Sequence record: NZ_CP137560.1
Strand: one strand, 5' to 3'
DNA from: a plasmid
DNA length: 64,000 nucleotides
The position numbers were made by a program, and so were the translations under genes. The notes beneath the pieces are model-generated. The model searched no databases, had not been told where the DNA came from, and was given only the letters and a program-made list of their open reading frames with translations. Of this stretch, positions 20,602-30,372 are shown piece by piece. Numbering within the stretch: position 1 is the stretch's first letter; the number at the start of each line of letters is the position of its first letter.

Positions 20602-20940
20602 ATGAAAGAGAAAATTCAAATCATGATTCCTACGTGGAATATTGAAGCTATGACAGGTTACAGACCATGCACTACATTTTGGCAAGATTTCTCTATTGCT
20701 GATGTATTTGGTAAGGAAGCCGTAATGGATACTTTTCAGCGAGCATTTGAAGAGTGGAAAAACAATTATGTTTTCATTACGGAGCTTGTAATGGTTCTCA
20801 ATCACAAAATTGCTCAGTGGTATGAAAAAAATGTCGAACTAGCTAAACTCTATAACAGATATTATCATGCCGTAGCTTGTTACGCTGAGAACAACCTCAA
20901 GGGAGATAAGTTAGAATATTACTATCGGATTACTGATTAA
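20602..20940 (+). CDS. Hypothetical 112-aa protein.
   Basis: ORF followed by a bidirectional terminator hairpin (20946-20990: ggtgtaccatactcaatatgtggcacacc + T-run). Confidence 0.45.
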   Translation: MKEKIQIMIPTWNIEAMTGYRPCTTFWQDFSIADVFGKEAVMDTFQRAFEEWKNNYVFITELVMVLNHKIAQWYEKNVELAKLYNRYYHAVACYAENNLKGDKLEYYYRITD

Positions 20941-21041
20941 AGGAAAAAAAGGTGTACCATACTCAATATGTGGCACACCTTTTTTCCTTATTTTTAGATT
21001 ATTCTTTTAAAAAATGACCAGAGTAGCAGGATGACGGTATA

Positions 21042-24000
21042 TCATTTCATTTTGCAGTCCGGTAAAACTGCTAAGCAGCGTTTTCCTTCTACTGTTTTGA
21101 GGATGCATCCTATTGTTTTTCTTCCTATGTTGCGTAAGATAGGAACTTTATTGATAGCTATCACTTCCACATAGTGTACTCCCGAATTAGGTACGTCCAT
21201 TGGCAAGGTACCATCGCCCTGCATTTTGGATTGACCGAATCTTTCTACGTCATCGAAACGTACATAACGATTATTCTTGCCATCTATGAAACCTACACAG
21301 ACAGAGTCGGCATTGGTGGCGATGGATGCGAATATCAGTTTTTCGTCGGCATTGCGCTTAAACACTCTGCCTCTTTCTCGCTGCAAGAGTTCTTCTACCG
21401 ATACCTTGCACACCCTTCCGCTTTCGTAAACAAGAATCAGCCATCCTTCTTCTTCATCTTCATGTACAGCTAATTTCAGGCGGTAGTCTTGCCAGTCATC
21501 TTCATCGAGTACCTTGTATTCGTCGGTTCCCATTAGGCAGATGACGGCCGTTGATGGTCTCCAACCTTCCTCGTATTCGTGGAGGGCATTGTTGCGTATG
21601 CGTGAAGTCTGGATGAAATCAGTTACAGGTGCAGATTCCACAGGTTTTACGATTTCCTTTTCCGGTACAGTTTCTGGTATGAGGGAATCGGTTTTCGTAT
21701 CCTCTATATGAGGCGCAAGCTCTTGGGCTCTTTGCTGGCGGATGGCAAGGAACTTGTCACGATAGTTGTCGTTTACCTTTCGGGCCGATGTTCCCATGCG
21801 TTCAAAATACTCGTTGCCTACTGCTATTGGGGTAGGGCATGGGGCAACATCGATGATGAGCACTGCATTCTTCACGTCTTCATCGAAATGAGTATGGATG
21901 TAGTGAGCACCCGTTTGCCCCAGATAATAGACAATCTGATTATTTACATATACCTCATACTTATCGCGAGATCCTTTAAAGAGTTGATTCTTCAGATCCT
22001 CCTCCAATCCCATCTCATACCCAATGTCTGATACTCCCAAATACAGGTGTCCACCATCGGCATTGAGGAAAGCACACAATTCCTGCATGATCTTTTTAGT
22101 CTGAGCCTGAACATCTACCCGCATGGAATTCTCCGGATAGATGATAGAGGTTTTAAACTCGGTATGGAAATCTTCCTTTCCATAGTTTTTCTTATTGGAG
22201 GACGATTTCTGGAGTTTGAGAAGCGCTCTGATTTTATCCAAGATATCAACAGCTTGTGACAATAGTCCCGACTTTTTGACGAAATTATGAGAGAGAACGA
22301 GCGAGGCGAGTTGCTGCAGTTGCGGATCTTCATTGCAACAGCTCCACCGGTAAAGTTCTTCATAATGGTCTTCACAGTCGAGACAGCCGATGATGCGCAG
22401 TTGCATGAAATCGTGTCGCAGGATGGCATTTCTATCGAAGAGTTCCGGGTCTGTATCAGCGATATGCTGTATTTTGCTTGTATCCACTTTGTCTAATACG
22501 GCAAAATCGTTGAGAATCTCCAAGAGGGCCAATCGGCTGTCATAGTAGCTGATCCGCTCTTTGTTTTCCAGGATAATGGCCATCAGCCGGCAGAAATTCA
22601 GATAATTGTATGCCTTGAGATTGTCTTCTTCCAGGGTAGCTTTGGCTTCAATGATGCACATTAATTCACTCACATAGACGGGCTCAAGCGGGTGGGATGC
22701 TGCCCATTCATCTTTTTCTGCCAGCGGGTTGTATATTTCTTTTTTGCTATACCCCAGCATCAGCTGGTGAAAGGCTTCTGCTGCATTAAATCGGCTTTCA
22801 GGAGCCTCACGCACATAGGTGGCGTTCAAATAGCCATTTGTGCCTTTCGAGATATTTTCCACTTCTACGATCATTCCCTTTCTCAATTCCTCTACAGTCA
22901 TGTCCTGCGCAGGAGAGACAGAAACGGACAGACCTTCACTGCTGATGGCTGGTACTCGCCCGATATCGGCTCCACGATTATTGAGCAGGCAGGTGAGTCT
23001 GGAGTTATAGAAAATATCATTCACGCGCACCTCTTCTTCATAATCTTCAATCATTTCGCTCAAGGCAAACACGTATGTTCCATCTGGATTTATGTCTTTT
23101 ACATAGGCTCTGAGCACGAGTGGCTTGTCGAGATATTGGAAGGATTTAATGCTTACTTCGCCGGGATAGTATGGTACCACATCTTCCAGTACATTCAGAG
23201 TGCCTGTGCATTCATATCCCTCCTCAATAACTTGGCATTCGAACATGAGCTGTCCGGCTAATTGCTTAGTTATAATGATGCTTGTTTCGTCGTCTATATC
23301 GAGTTTTCTTCTCTTATTACTGCCGGATTTTCGCTTATTGGAAAAGAGTGATTGGTTGATATACATCCATAGTTGCTTGTAGTGCTCGATGGTAGTACCC
23401 ACTTTTCCTCTCAGGTTTACTGGCGGTTTCTCGTCCAGATGAATGCTGAGTCCGTGCCACAATCCCATTCTTGAAGGGAAAGGCAGATAGAGATTCTCTT
23501 TGTTGAGATTCTTCGGTTGTATGGCAATGGTTTGTTCATTGACAGTGAGAATGGTCTGTTCTCCTTCGAACTTAGCGGATTCGAAATTTTCTACCGGTTC
23601 ATTGTTTTCCTGCGAGCAGAGCATATTGGCGATGATGAATGCATCATCACAATTGAAGGGTAGGGTAGCATCAAATTCTGTTGCCGTGAAAAGTGATCGG
23701 AATGCTTTTTGCAGTGTTTTGTTAGGATCGCTCACGTTCATCAGAGATACCAGTCGGTACAGGAGTGCCTGGATGAGTTGAGAATCATATATCTTATGAG
23801 TAGAATGGTTACTGAGCATCAGTTCAGTCACCAATACCTGAATCATAGTCTCCTTTGTGGCAGGATCGCTGGTAAGTTTGTCGGTCTGCGCATAAGTAAA
23901 ATCCACGTAACTTTGTAGCAGTTTGAGCCATTGCATCTGGAATGGTGTACGTGTCCAGAGATATACTTCCTGCTTACGGAGTGTGGAAAGGATTTTGCCT

Positions 24001-24995
24001 ATCTGTTTTTCCATGATAGAGACATCAAGCATGAAAATACACTGCATGATGCAGAATTGCTTTCTTGGTTGGTAGATGTAGGCACAGTCAGCGAGTGTAG
24101 AGAGGATATGCTCGATGGTATCTTCTGCTTTTCCTTCCTTAAGAATTTGGATGGCCTGGATATAATAAGACAGCAGCTCGATAACATCTGTAAATCTTTG
24201 CTCTAATAATATGCGTTCTGCTTCTTTGCACCGGGGCAGTAGTAAGTTACTCTGCAGGGTACAGAGACAATGATAGCGTATGTTTTGGAGTAAAGCTTGA
24301 AGTTGGTTCTGGGAAATATTTTGGGAGATATTTGAAATCCAGCGATGACATTCCACATCGAACATATCAGATGGAGTATCACCCAACATCAGTTTTCTGA
24401 AATTCTCTGTATTCCAGCTGGCAATATCTGTTCCTTCTTGTTTTTTATCGTTTTCTGAATTTGTGTCTGATTCATCAGTTCCTTCCTTTTTCTGCGTATC
24501 TTCTTGCAGAATTTTCTGGTGGATGGCTTCAAATATTTCCTGCAGATCATTTTCTGAGAGTGAGAATTCTGATTTCTCAGCTCCCAGCACTTCAACGAGT
24601 TTTACCTCCATATAGTTTTGTCTGAACTTCATGATCCTGCATCTTACTCTTGGTGTAAGAGCGGCATTGATATTAGTTTCACGGTCCATCATTGCCGTAA
24701 AACCATATTGATCTTCCAACTGGTATTTGTCGGTAAGAGTCAGTTTGATTTTAAAATCCACTTCCTCATTTTCATGGTAATAGCTTCTCATGAGGAGGTC
24801 GATATTTTGCGAGATAAAGATTTTGCCACTTGACGTTGTCAGCAGCTTGCAGTCAAGGAAATCGGGTAGGGGTAGCCTCCTTTGAAATGCAAGTTGGGCT
24901 ATCTTATAAATTTTACCTTCCCATTCGATGATAAACTTGTGCTCCTCTTCATCGGAGCGCAAGACTTTTGCTTTGATGTATTTATAATTATCCAT
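21042..24995 (-). CDS. Giant (1317-aa) protein containing an AlbA_2 (Schlafen-like 'divergent AAA') DNA-binding domain. Candidate defence or regulatory protein.
   Basis: AlbA_2 core EDFHTEFKTSIIYPE...IMQELCAFLNADGGHLYLGVSDIGYEMGLEED. The remainder is unrecognised. Confidence 0.6.
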   Translation of the reverse strand: MDNYKYIKAKVLRSDEEEHKFIIEWEGKIYKIAQLAFQRRLPLPDFLDCKLLTTSSGKIFISQNIDLLMRSYYHENEEVDFKIKLTLTDKYQLEDQYGFTAMMDRETNINAALTPRVRCRIMKFRQNYMEVKLVEVLGAEKSEFSLSENDLQEIFEAIHQKILQEDTQKKEGTDESDTNSENDKKQEGTDIASWNTENFRKLMLGDTPSDMFDVECHRWISNISQNISQNQLQALLQNIRYHCLCTLQSNLLLPRCKEAERILLEQRFTDVIELLSYYIQAIQILKEGKAEDTIEHILSTLADCAYIYQPRKQFCIMQCIFMLDVSIMEKQIGKILSTLRKQEVYLWTRTPFQMQWLKLLQSYVDFTYAQTDKLTSDPATKETMIQVLVTELMLSNHSTHKIYDSQLIQALLYRLVSLMNVSDPNKTLQKAFRSLFTATEFDATLPFNCDDAFIIANMLCSQENNEPVENFESAKFEGEQTILTVNEQTIAIQPKNLNKENLYLPFPSRMGLWHGLSIHLDEKPPVNLRGKVGTTIEHYKQLWMYINQSLFSNKRKSGSNKRRKLDIDDETSIIITKQLAGQLMFECQVIEEGYECTGTLNVLEDVVPYYPGEVSIKSFQYLDKPLVLRAYVKDINPDGTYVFALSEMIEDYEEEVRVNDIFYNSRLTCLLNNRGADIGRVPAISSEGLSVSVSPAQDMTVEELRKGMIVEVENISKGTNGYLNATYVREAPESRFNAAEAFHQLMLGYSKKEIYNPLAEKDEWAASHPLEPVYVSELMCIIEAKATLEEDNLKAYNYLNFCRLMAIILENKERISYYDSRLALLEILNDFAVLDKVDTSKIQHIADTDPELFDRNAILRHDFMQLRIIGCLDCEDHYEELYRWSCCNEDPQLQQLASLVLSHNFVKKSGLLSQAVDILDKIRALLKLQKSSSNKKNYGKEDFHTEFKTSIIYPENSMRVDVQAQTKKIMQELCAFLNADGGHLYLGVSDIGYEMGLEEDLKNQLFKGSRDKYEVYVNNQIVYYLGQTGAHYIHTHFDEDVKNAVLIIDVAPCPTPIAVGNEYFERMGTSARKVNDNYRDKFLAIRQQRAQELAPHIEDTKTDSLIPETVPEKEIVKPVESAPVTDFIQTSRIRNNALHEYEEGWRPSTAVICLMGTDEYKVLDEDDWQDYRLKLAVHEDEEEGWLILVYESGRVCKVSVEELLQRERGRVFKRNADEKLIFASIATNADSVCVGFIDGKNNRYVRFDDVERFGQSKMQGDGTLPMDVPNSGVHYVEVIAINKVPILRNIGRKTIGCILKTVEGKRCLAVLPDCKMK

Positions 24996-25149
24996 TTTAT
25001 ATAATAATTTTAATTCGTTTTCAATTACTGCGCTAAATTACTAAAAAAAATCTGATATGTATTAAAAATGAGCGAAAAAATCATTTTTCTTCTATTGTAA
25101 TATGTTATATAGTTCCAATGGCGACGGTATGAGTGGACAGAAAAAGGAA

Positions 25150-25205
25150 GTAGGAGGATAATAAAGATAGTTTTCCTTCTACTTCCTTTCATGTTTATGA
25201 TTTTA
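25150..25205 (-). terminator. Terminator hairpin downstream of dnaB on the minus strand.
   Basis: ggaagtagga...tctacttcc inverted repeat with a T-run on the minus strand. Confidence 0.45.
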
Positions 25206-25222
25206 CGTATTTCTTGTGTACT

Positions 25223-26740
25223 TTAGAACGGCAAAGAGCCATCAGATCCGATAGGAGGTGGTGGAACCTGATTTCCTCCATTCATACGTGAACCAATGAT
25301 TTCCCCACCGCCATCAGCTGCTGCCGGTGATGAAGTTGCTGCCTCAGTAGGATCCTGGAAACGGGTAAACTCGCCACGGAAGTTGAGCAACACGTCACCC
25401 GTAGAACCCTTACGGTGCTTGGCGATAATGATCTGTGCCATACCATGAAGGTCGTTTCCCTTTTCATCCTGATAGATGTGATAATACTCCGGGCGGTGTA
25501 CGAAGAGTACCATATCGGCATCCTGCTCGATGGCTCCAGACTCACGGAGGTCACTCAGCTGTGGGCGTTTTCCTTCAAGTCCCTCACGGTTTTCTACGTT
25601 ACGGCTCAACTGAGACAAAGCCAAGACAGGAATATCCAGTTCTTTGGCAAGTCCCTTGAGAGAACGGGAAATGGTAGAGACCTCCTCCTGGCGGCTGCCG
25701 AATTTCATACCGTTGGCATTCATCAGCTGCAGGTAGTCGATCATGATAATCTTGACACCTTTTTCGCGCACCAGTCGGCGGGCCTTGGTTCTCAATTCAA
25801 ACACAGAGAGGCCCGGTGTATCGTCCACATAGATAGGAGCATCGGTCAATCTGCCGATTCTCTTGTCCAGTCGTTCCCAGTCAGAAGGGTCCAGCTGACC
25901 ATTCAGAATCTTACGTCCAGAGACCTCACATACATTACTGATAAGACGGTTGACCAGCTGGACGTTGTTCATTTCAAGAGAGAAGAAGCCGATAGGAACC
26001 CCATAGTCTACAGCCACATTCTTGGCAATACTTAGTGCAAAGGAAGTTTTACCCATGGCAGGACGTCCTGCGATAATCACCAGATCGGAAGCCTGCCATC
26101 CGGAAGTGATCTCATCCATTCCAACATAACCGGTAGGAATACCGGTAAGACCACCCTTGTTGCTGGCAGCTCGCTGCAGAATTTCCACAGCATTCTTTAC
26201 CACAGGAGCCACCTGCGTAAAGTCTTGCTTCATGTTGTTCTGAGAAATCTGGAACAAGGATCCTTCCGCCTGCTGCATCAGTTCATCCACATCCACACTG
26301 CTGTCATAGGCTTTCGTTTCTATGTCACCAGCAAAATGAATCAGCTGTCGCTGCATATATTTCTCCGCCAGGATACGGGCATGAGATTCCACATGGGCAG
26401 CAGAAGCCACCTGTGAAGAAATCTCCATCAGATAGTCCACACCACCCACTTTGTCAATTTCGCCCATCTTGGAGAGTTCATCATTCAGCGTCATAATATC
26501 CACAGGACGTTCGTCCATGTTCATATTACGGATAGCCTCGTATATCTTCTGATGGCGAGGTTCGTAGAAAGTTTCGGGTTTGAGCAGCTCCGATACCACA
26601 GAAAAGGCATCAGAGTCAACCATCAAAGCACCGAGCACCACCCTCTCGATTTCTACAGCCTGCGGCTGAACATGTGCGAAATTAGGATCAATCGGGGAAG
26701 CTCCTTTTTTTCCATTATTTCTTTGTCTATTATCTGTCAT
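25223..26740 (-). CDS. dnaB: Replicative DNA helicase DnaB.
   Basis: Walker A IIAGRPAMGKTSFALSIA. The DnaB N-terminal region, an IIAKHRKGSTGDV arginine-finger region, and a Gly/Pro-rich C-terminal tail are present. Confidence 0.85.
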   Translation of the reverse strand: MTDNRQRNNGKKGASPIDPNFAHVQPQAVEIERVVLGALMVDSDAFSVVSELLKPETFYEPRHQKIYEAIRNMNMDERPVDIMTLNDELSKMGEIDKVGGVDYLMEISSQVASAAHVESHARILAEKYMQRQLIHFAGDIETKAYDSSVDVDELMQQAEGSLFQISQNNMKQDFTQVAPVVKNAVEILQRAASNKGGLTGIPTGYVGMDEITSGWQASDLVIIAGRPAMGKTSFALSIAKNVAVDYGVPIGFFSLEMNNVQLVNRLISNVCEVSGRKILNGQLDPSDWERLDKRIGRLTDAPIYVDDTPGLSVFELRTKARRLVREKGVKIIMIDYLQLMNANGMKFGSRQEEVSTISRSLKGLAKELDIPVLALSQLSRNVENREGLEGKRPQLSDLRESGAIEQDADMVLFVHRPEYYHIYQDEKGNDLHGMAQIIIAKHRKGSTGDVLLNFRGEFTRFQDPTEAATSSPAAADGGGEIIGSRMNGGNQVPPPPIGSDGSLPF

Positions 26741-26837
26741 AATGACTTCGCTTTCTTATTTACTCTTTGTTTATTACTTTAATAAGCAAGTGCAAAGTTA
26801 CTAAAAGTTTTTGTATTGTAGGAAGTGTTTTCTTACT

Positions 26838-27266
26838 TTAACCAAACAGCCAATCGCACAGTTTATTCATTGAAGATTTACTTTTTATTCTTTCGTAGTC
26901 AGTCAGATCTATAGTAGGCGTAATATGGAAATCATTGCTCTCATTAAGTTTGTCAGCCATATCCATGAAAATCTTATCATGGTTGGCTGTATTTAAATGA
27001 TAGACTGCTGACAAGTAGTAATGAAGCATTTCATGTATCAAGATACTGAGCAGCTGATACATGGTGTATCTGTATCTCCCGCTGATTTCTATGACAATGG
27101 AATTGTCATTCTGCCCTATATACTCATATCTGAAGTTACCAATTATTGTCTTGGAGTTGTTGATTATGAATGTTGGAGTCTCAAGTGAGAAATCAAACAA
27201 TTGCATATTGTATAGATTGAAGAGATTCTCCAATATATTTGCATTAGGCGTTATTCTTTCTTCCAT
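26838..27266 (-). CDS. SprT-like / zincin-like small metalloprotease-domain protein.
   Basis: LLSILIHEMLHYYL, an HExxH motif in an SprT-like context. Confidence 0.45.
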   Translation of the reverse strand: MEERITPNANILENLFNLYNMQLFDFSLETPTFIINNSKTIIGNFRYEYIGQNDNSIVIEISGRYRYTMYQLLSILIHEMLHYYLSAVYHLNTANHDKIFMDMADKLNESNDFHITPTIDLTDYERIKSKSSMNKLCDWLFG

Positions 27267-27507
27267 ATTTTTTTAGAAAATTGCAATAAAGTCAACCAGC
27301 AGCTTCCAAAGTATGCTGCACAGTTCGAAAAAGTCTTCATTACTTACTCCTAAAATAGGTACGAAGAATATATACGCACCAATAAACATGCTGATTGGAG
27401 TTACAATTATCATTGCAAGTATATTCAACGGTGTCATCTCCCATTCTCCGTATGAACCGTCTGACATTGGAAAAAATGTTCTCATCTGTTCTTCTATTTT
27501 TTGGTTT

Positions 27508-28119
27508 CTAAAACAGTTTTCCTTTCATAGCAGCTTTTAAAAGCTCTGCCCCTGATAGCTCTTCATCATTGTCAGCTTCCAGTTGGTCAATGTTCACTTT
27601 ATATTGCTGAGGATAGCGTTTGAATTCCTCGGCCATACGCATGATTCCCTGATAGCAGCAGTAAGCAGGTGTATTGGACCATTTAGCAGACATGGATGGT
27701 ACTGCAGGATCAAACTTTTCATCTATTACTGTAATGCCGAACATCTCTTTAATGACCTCTTTAGTGAGATTGATGAAGTAGGGGATACGTATCACCTTGA
27801 ACCCTTCGCCTTCATAGATGGCCTGGTTCTTACGGTCTTTTCTGATGTTCGCTGGATTTGTATAGTGCTGGAGTCCGTCAAACTCTATGATGATCTTTTC
27901 TTCTTCACATAGGTAGTCCGGACGGATTCGGTAGCTCTTTCCGCTGCGTTTTCCGAATGGTTTATCGTGAATCCAGGTTTTACCGGGATACAGGGTAGGT
28001 AAATATTCATCCAGTCCAATGAAATTGCATTCCGGATTCTTCTTTGCGGCATTTTCTGCCATCTCTCTGGTTTCTCTGATGTATGTACCTTTCGGATTTT
28101 TTTGAAGTTTATCATTCAT
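27508..28119 (-). CDS. DUF559 / Vsr-like PD-(D/E)xK endonuclease-fold protein.
   Basis: IIIEFDGLQHYT...RKDRKNQAIYEGEGFKVIRIPY matches the DUF559 signature. Confidence 0.6.
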   Translation of the reverse strand: MNDKLQKNPKGTYIRETREMAENAAKKNPECNFIGLDEYLPTLYPGKTWIHDKPFGKRSGKSYRIRPDYLCEEEKIIIEFDGLQHYTNPANIRKDRKNQAIYEGEGFKVIRIPYFINLTKEVIKEMFGITVIDEKFDPAVPSMSAKWSNTPAYCCYQGIMRMAEEFKRYPQQYKVNIDQLEADNDEELSGAELLKAAMKGKLF

Positions 28120-28121
28120 AA

Positions 28122-29722
28122 CTGAAGTTTCGCAAGTGAATAAATATCAACTTGCTTGTTTATAAATATACATATTACGTAGCGTATGGGCAACAGGATT
28201 ACTTTCGATGAAATCTGCCAGCAACTCTGTAGCATCTATAGAGTAACGCTCTGCTGCTTCCAGAACGAAGTCCAAAATGATAGCCCATATCTTGTCCGTT
28301 ACGGACAACTCGAGAGTGTCATTGGTAACCTCTGTAAAGAGACCACCGATGGTTTCATACGCTTCAAATCTCTTCACTGTACACAAGATGTTATACTGCA
28401 TCATTGTCAAAGTGAAGCTAGCAATTTGAGCGGCAAAATGTACAGACTGGCATTTACCAAAGTTCAGCAAGGTCTTGCAATCCTTGTATGCAACTTCGGT
28501 AGCCCATCGTCTGGCATAAATACGATACGCTTCAAGGAAGCTAAGAGAAAGGTCTGTGGTCAACAACCCATTCCAGTTTCCCTTGCGTCCTCGTTTGCAA
28601 AAGAACAAACGGACTGGCACACCATCCAACTTAACGTCCATTGTACAATAGGTACAGCGAAGTATTTTGTTGTGTTTGCATGCCTTCTCCTTTTGCAGGT
28701 GCTTGATGATTTGCTTGGCATTCATCTTGCCATGCTTCGTTGCATAGTTGGTTTTGCCCAGTTTAATCATGCCCAACAGGTGACACTTGATATGTCTGCT
28801 GGAAATGAAACGCACAAGCTTAGTGTTTGTAAACCAGCTATCTACGAGCAAGTAATCAAAGCGAACACCTCGCTTGATGGCATACTTGACCATATCTATG
28901 GCCTTGTCTGTCTTCTTCATCAGATATTCATCCACACGATCTTTTACCGCTTGCCCTTCGTGGTCCTCGGTATAGCGAGCTTTGCGTTGCTTAGCAGTAA
29001 GTCCCTGAACCTTTTGCTTGTCCTTTCCCTCCTCACCATGAAGAGAAAAATCGAGAAAGAGCTGGCTAACGCCATCGGACAACATCATGGTCAGACACTT
29101 ATAACCAAGGATGCTCTTTTGATGAACATGAGACCAGATTCTTCCTATGAGTTCGGTCGTCATACCAGTCTTAGGTGCATCAGTATCATCAATAATCAAA
29201 CAAACCGGCTTGTCATGATGAACAGTTGTGCTGCTTGATATCTTCTTTATCAGCTGAAGATTCATTGCATATAGTAACTTGCGCCACTTGACGTTGCCAT
29301 CATTCATAAAACGATAGAACATGTCTTTATCACAATTGAACAATTTACTCAAGGACGAGTTGGAGTATCGACTCGCATTCTTGACTACGAAGAACGGGAA
29401 GAGCATGAGGAGGTTGAGTACCTGCAAAGTGGTGAACTTGCAGTTCTCTTTCTTCTCTACTCCAATCTGGCTGGAGCGTATATTTATATGTTCCATCACA
29501 CCCATAATGCACTTAATTGCACGATTATCGTCATTTTTTGCGAAAAAGCTTCGCAGATCTGAAATAATTTTTGTATATTTGCTCACGGCTTTGAAGTTTT
29601 ATCTTTATTGTTTAGCGATTATAAAGATACTCATTTTCTGTGAGTTATACAAACTTCAGAGCCTTTTTTATTCCAAAATTACGTTAAATCACGCTTGTGA
29701 ATTTTCACTTGCGAAACTTTAG
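28122..29722. mobile_element. IS4-family insertion sequence (~1.6 kb) with 17-19-bp imperfect terminal inverted repeats.
   Basis: IRL ctGAAGTTTCGCAAGTGAA (28122-28140) matches the reverse complement of IRR TTCACTTGCGAAACTTTag (29704-29722). A single transposase ORF lies inside. No clean target-site duplication is seen. Confidence 0.7.
28147..29586 (-). CDS. IS4-family DDE transposase.
   Basis: YARRWATEVAYKDCK is the Y-x2-R-x3-E-x6-K signature of IS4 transposases. 479 aa. Confidence 0.8.
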   Translation of the reverse strand: MSKYTKIISDLRSFFAKNDDNRAIKCIMGVMEHINIRSSQIGVEKKENCKFTTLQVLNLLMLFPFFVVKNASRYSNSSLSKLFNCDKDMFYRFMNDGNVKWRKLLYAMNLQLIKKISSSTTVHHDKPVCLIIDDTDAPKTGMTTELIGRIWSHVHQKSILGYKCLTMMLSDGVSQLFLDFSLHGEEGKDKQKVQGLTAKQRKARYTEDHEGQAVKDRVDEYLMKKTDKAIDMVKYAIKRGVRFDYLLVDSWFTNTKLVRFISSRHIKCHLLGMIKLGKTNYATKHGKMNAKQIIKHLQKEKACKHNKILRCTYCTMDVKLDGVPVRLFFCKRGRKGNWNGLLTTDLSLSFLEAYRIYARRWATEVAYKDCKTLLNFGKCQSVHFAAQIASFTLTMMQYNILCTVKRFEAYETIGGLFTEVTNDTLELSVTDKIWAIILDFVLEAAERYSIDATELLADFIESNPVAHTLRNMYIYKQAS

Positions 29723-29748
29723 TAAAATATGAACTAAAACATTTTAGT

Positions 29749-30321
29749 ATGAAGCATTTATTGACATCTTTGCTGCTTTTCTTTGCAGTTGGCATTTGTT
29801 CTGCACAGTCTGAGCACATGAAATTCAAAGGGATACCAATGGAAGGTTCCCTGAATAGTTTCGTTGATAAACTCAAAAGTAAAGGGTATACTTATCTAGG
29901 ACAACAAGAAGGTATTGCTCTTCTTCAAGGTGAGTTCGCTGCTACCAAAAATTGTATCATAAGTGTCGTTCGTTTTTCAGATAAGGATCAAGTAAATATG
30001 GTAGTTGTATTATTGCCTGGTCAGAAATCATGGTCTAGTATTATAAGTGATTATAATACGTTTAAGAATCTCCTTACTGAGAAGTATGGAATACCAAACG
30101 TAACAGAAAGCTTTTCAAACCAAGAACCTACTTCAGACTTTTTGAAGTTCTATGCACTATTAAATGATGAATGCCATTATCTTTCTGAGTTTACGACAGA
30201 AAATGGTAGAATACAGCTGACAATGGGCAAGAAAGATTATGATGAAGCTTCTATAATCTTAAAATACATTGATAATGCGAATGTTTCTGAGACTCGCAAG
30301 AAAATAATGGATGATCTTTAA
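29749..30321 (+). CDS. Secreted or lipoprotein hypothetical protein.
   Basis: Signal peptide with a lipobox-like AVGICSAQ. Confidence 0.5.
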   Translation: MKHLLTSLLLFFAVGICSAQSEHMKFKGIPMEGSLNSFVDKLKSKGYTYLGQQEGIALLQGEFAATKNCIISVVRFSDKDQVNMVVVLLPGQKSWSSIISDYNTFKNLLTEKYGIPNVTESFSNQEPTSDFLKFYALLNDECHYLSEFTTENGRIQLTMGKKDYDEASIILKYIDNANVSETRKKIMDDL

Positions 30322-30372
30322 AATCTGTATATTTTCAAAGTTGGGAACTATAAAGTATAAAAAACTATTATC

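Noticed and set aside
22692-23261. 189-aa plus-strand ORF, and other antisense ORFs inside large genes (25415..26035, 28186..29238, 52420..52884, 43195..43620)
   Set aside because: Each is fully embedded antisense within a long, motif-supported gene (the AlbA_2 giant protein, dnaB, the IS4 transposase, M23, the ArdC-like protein). They are shadow ORFs.
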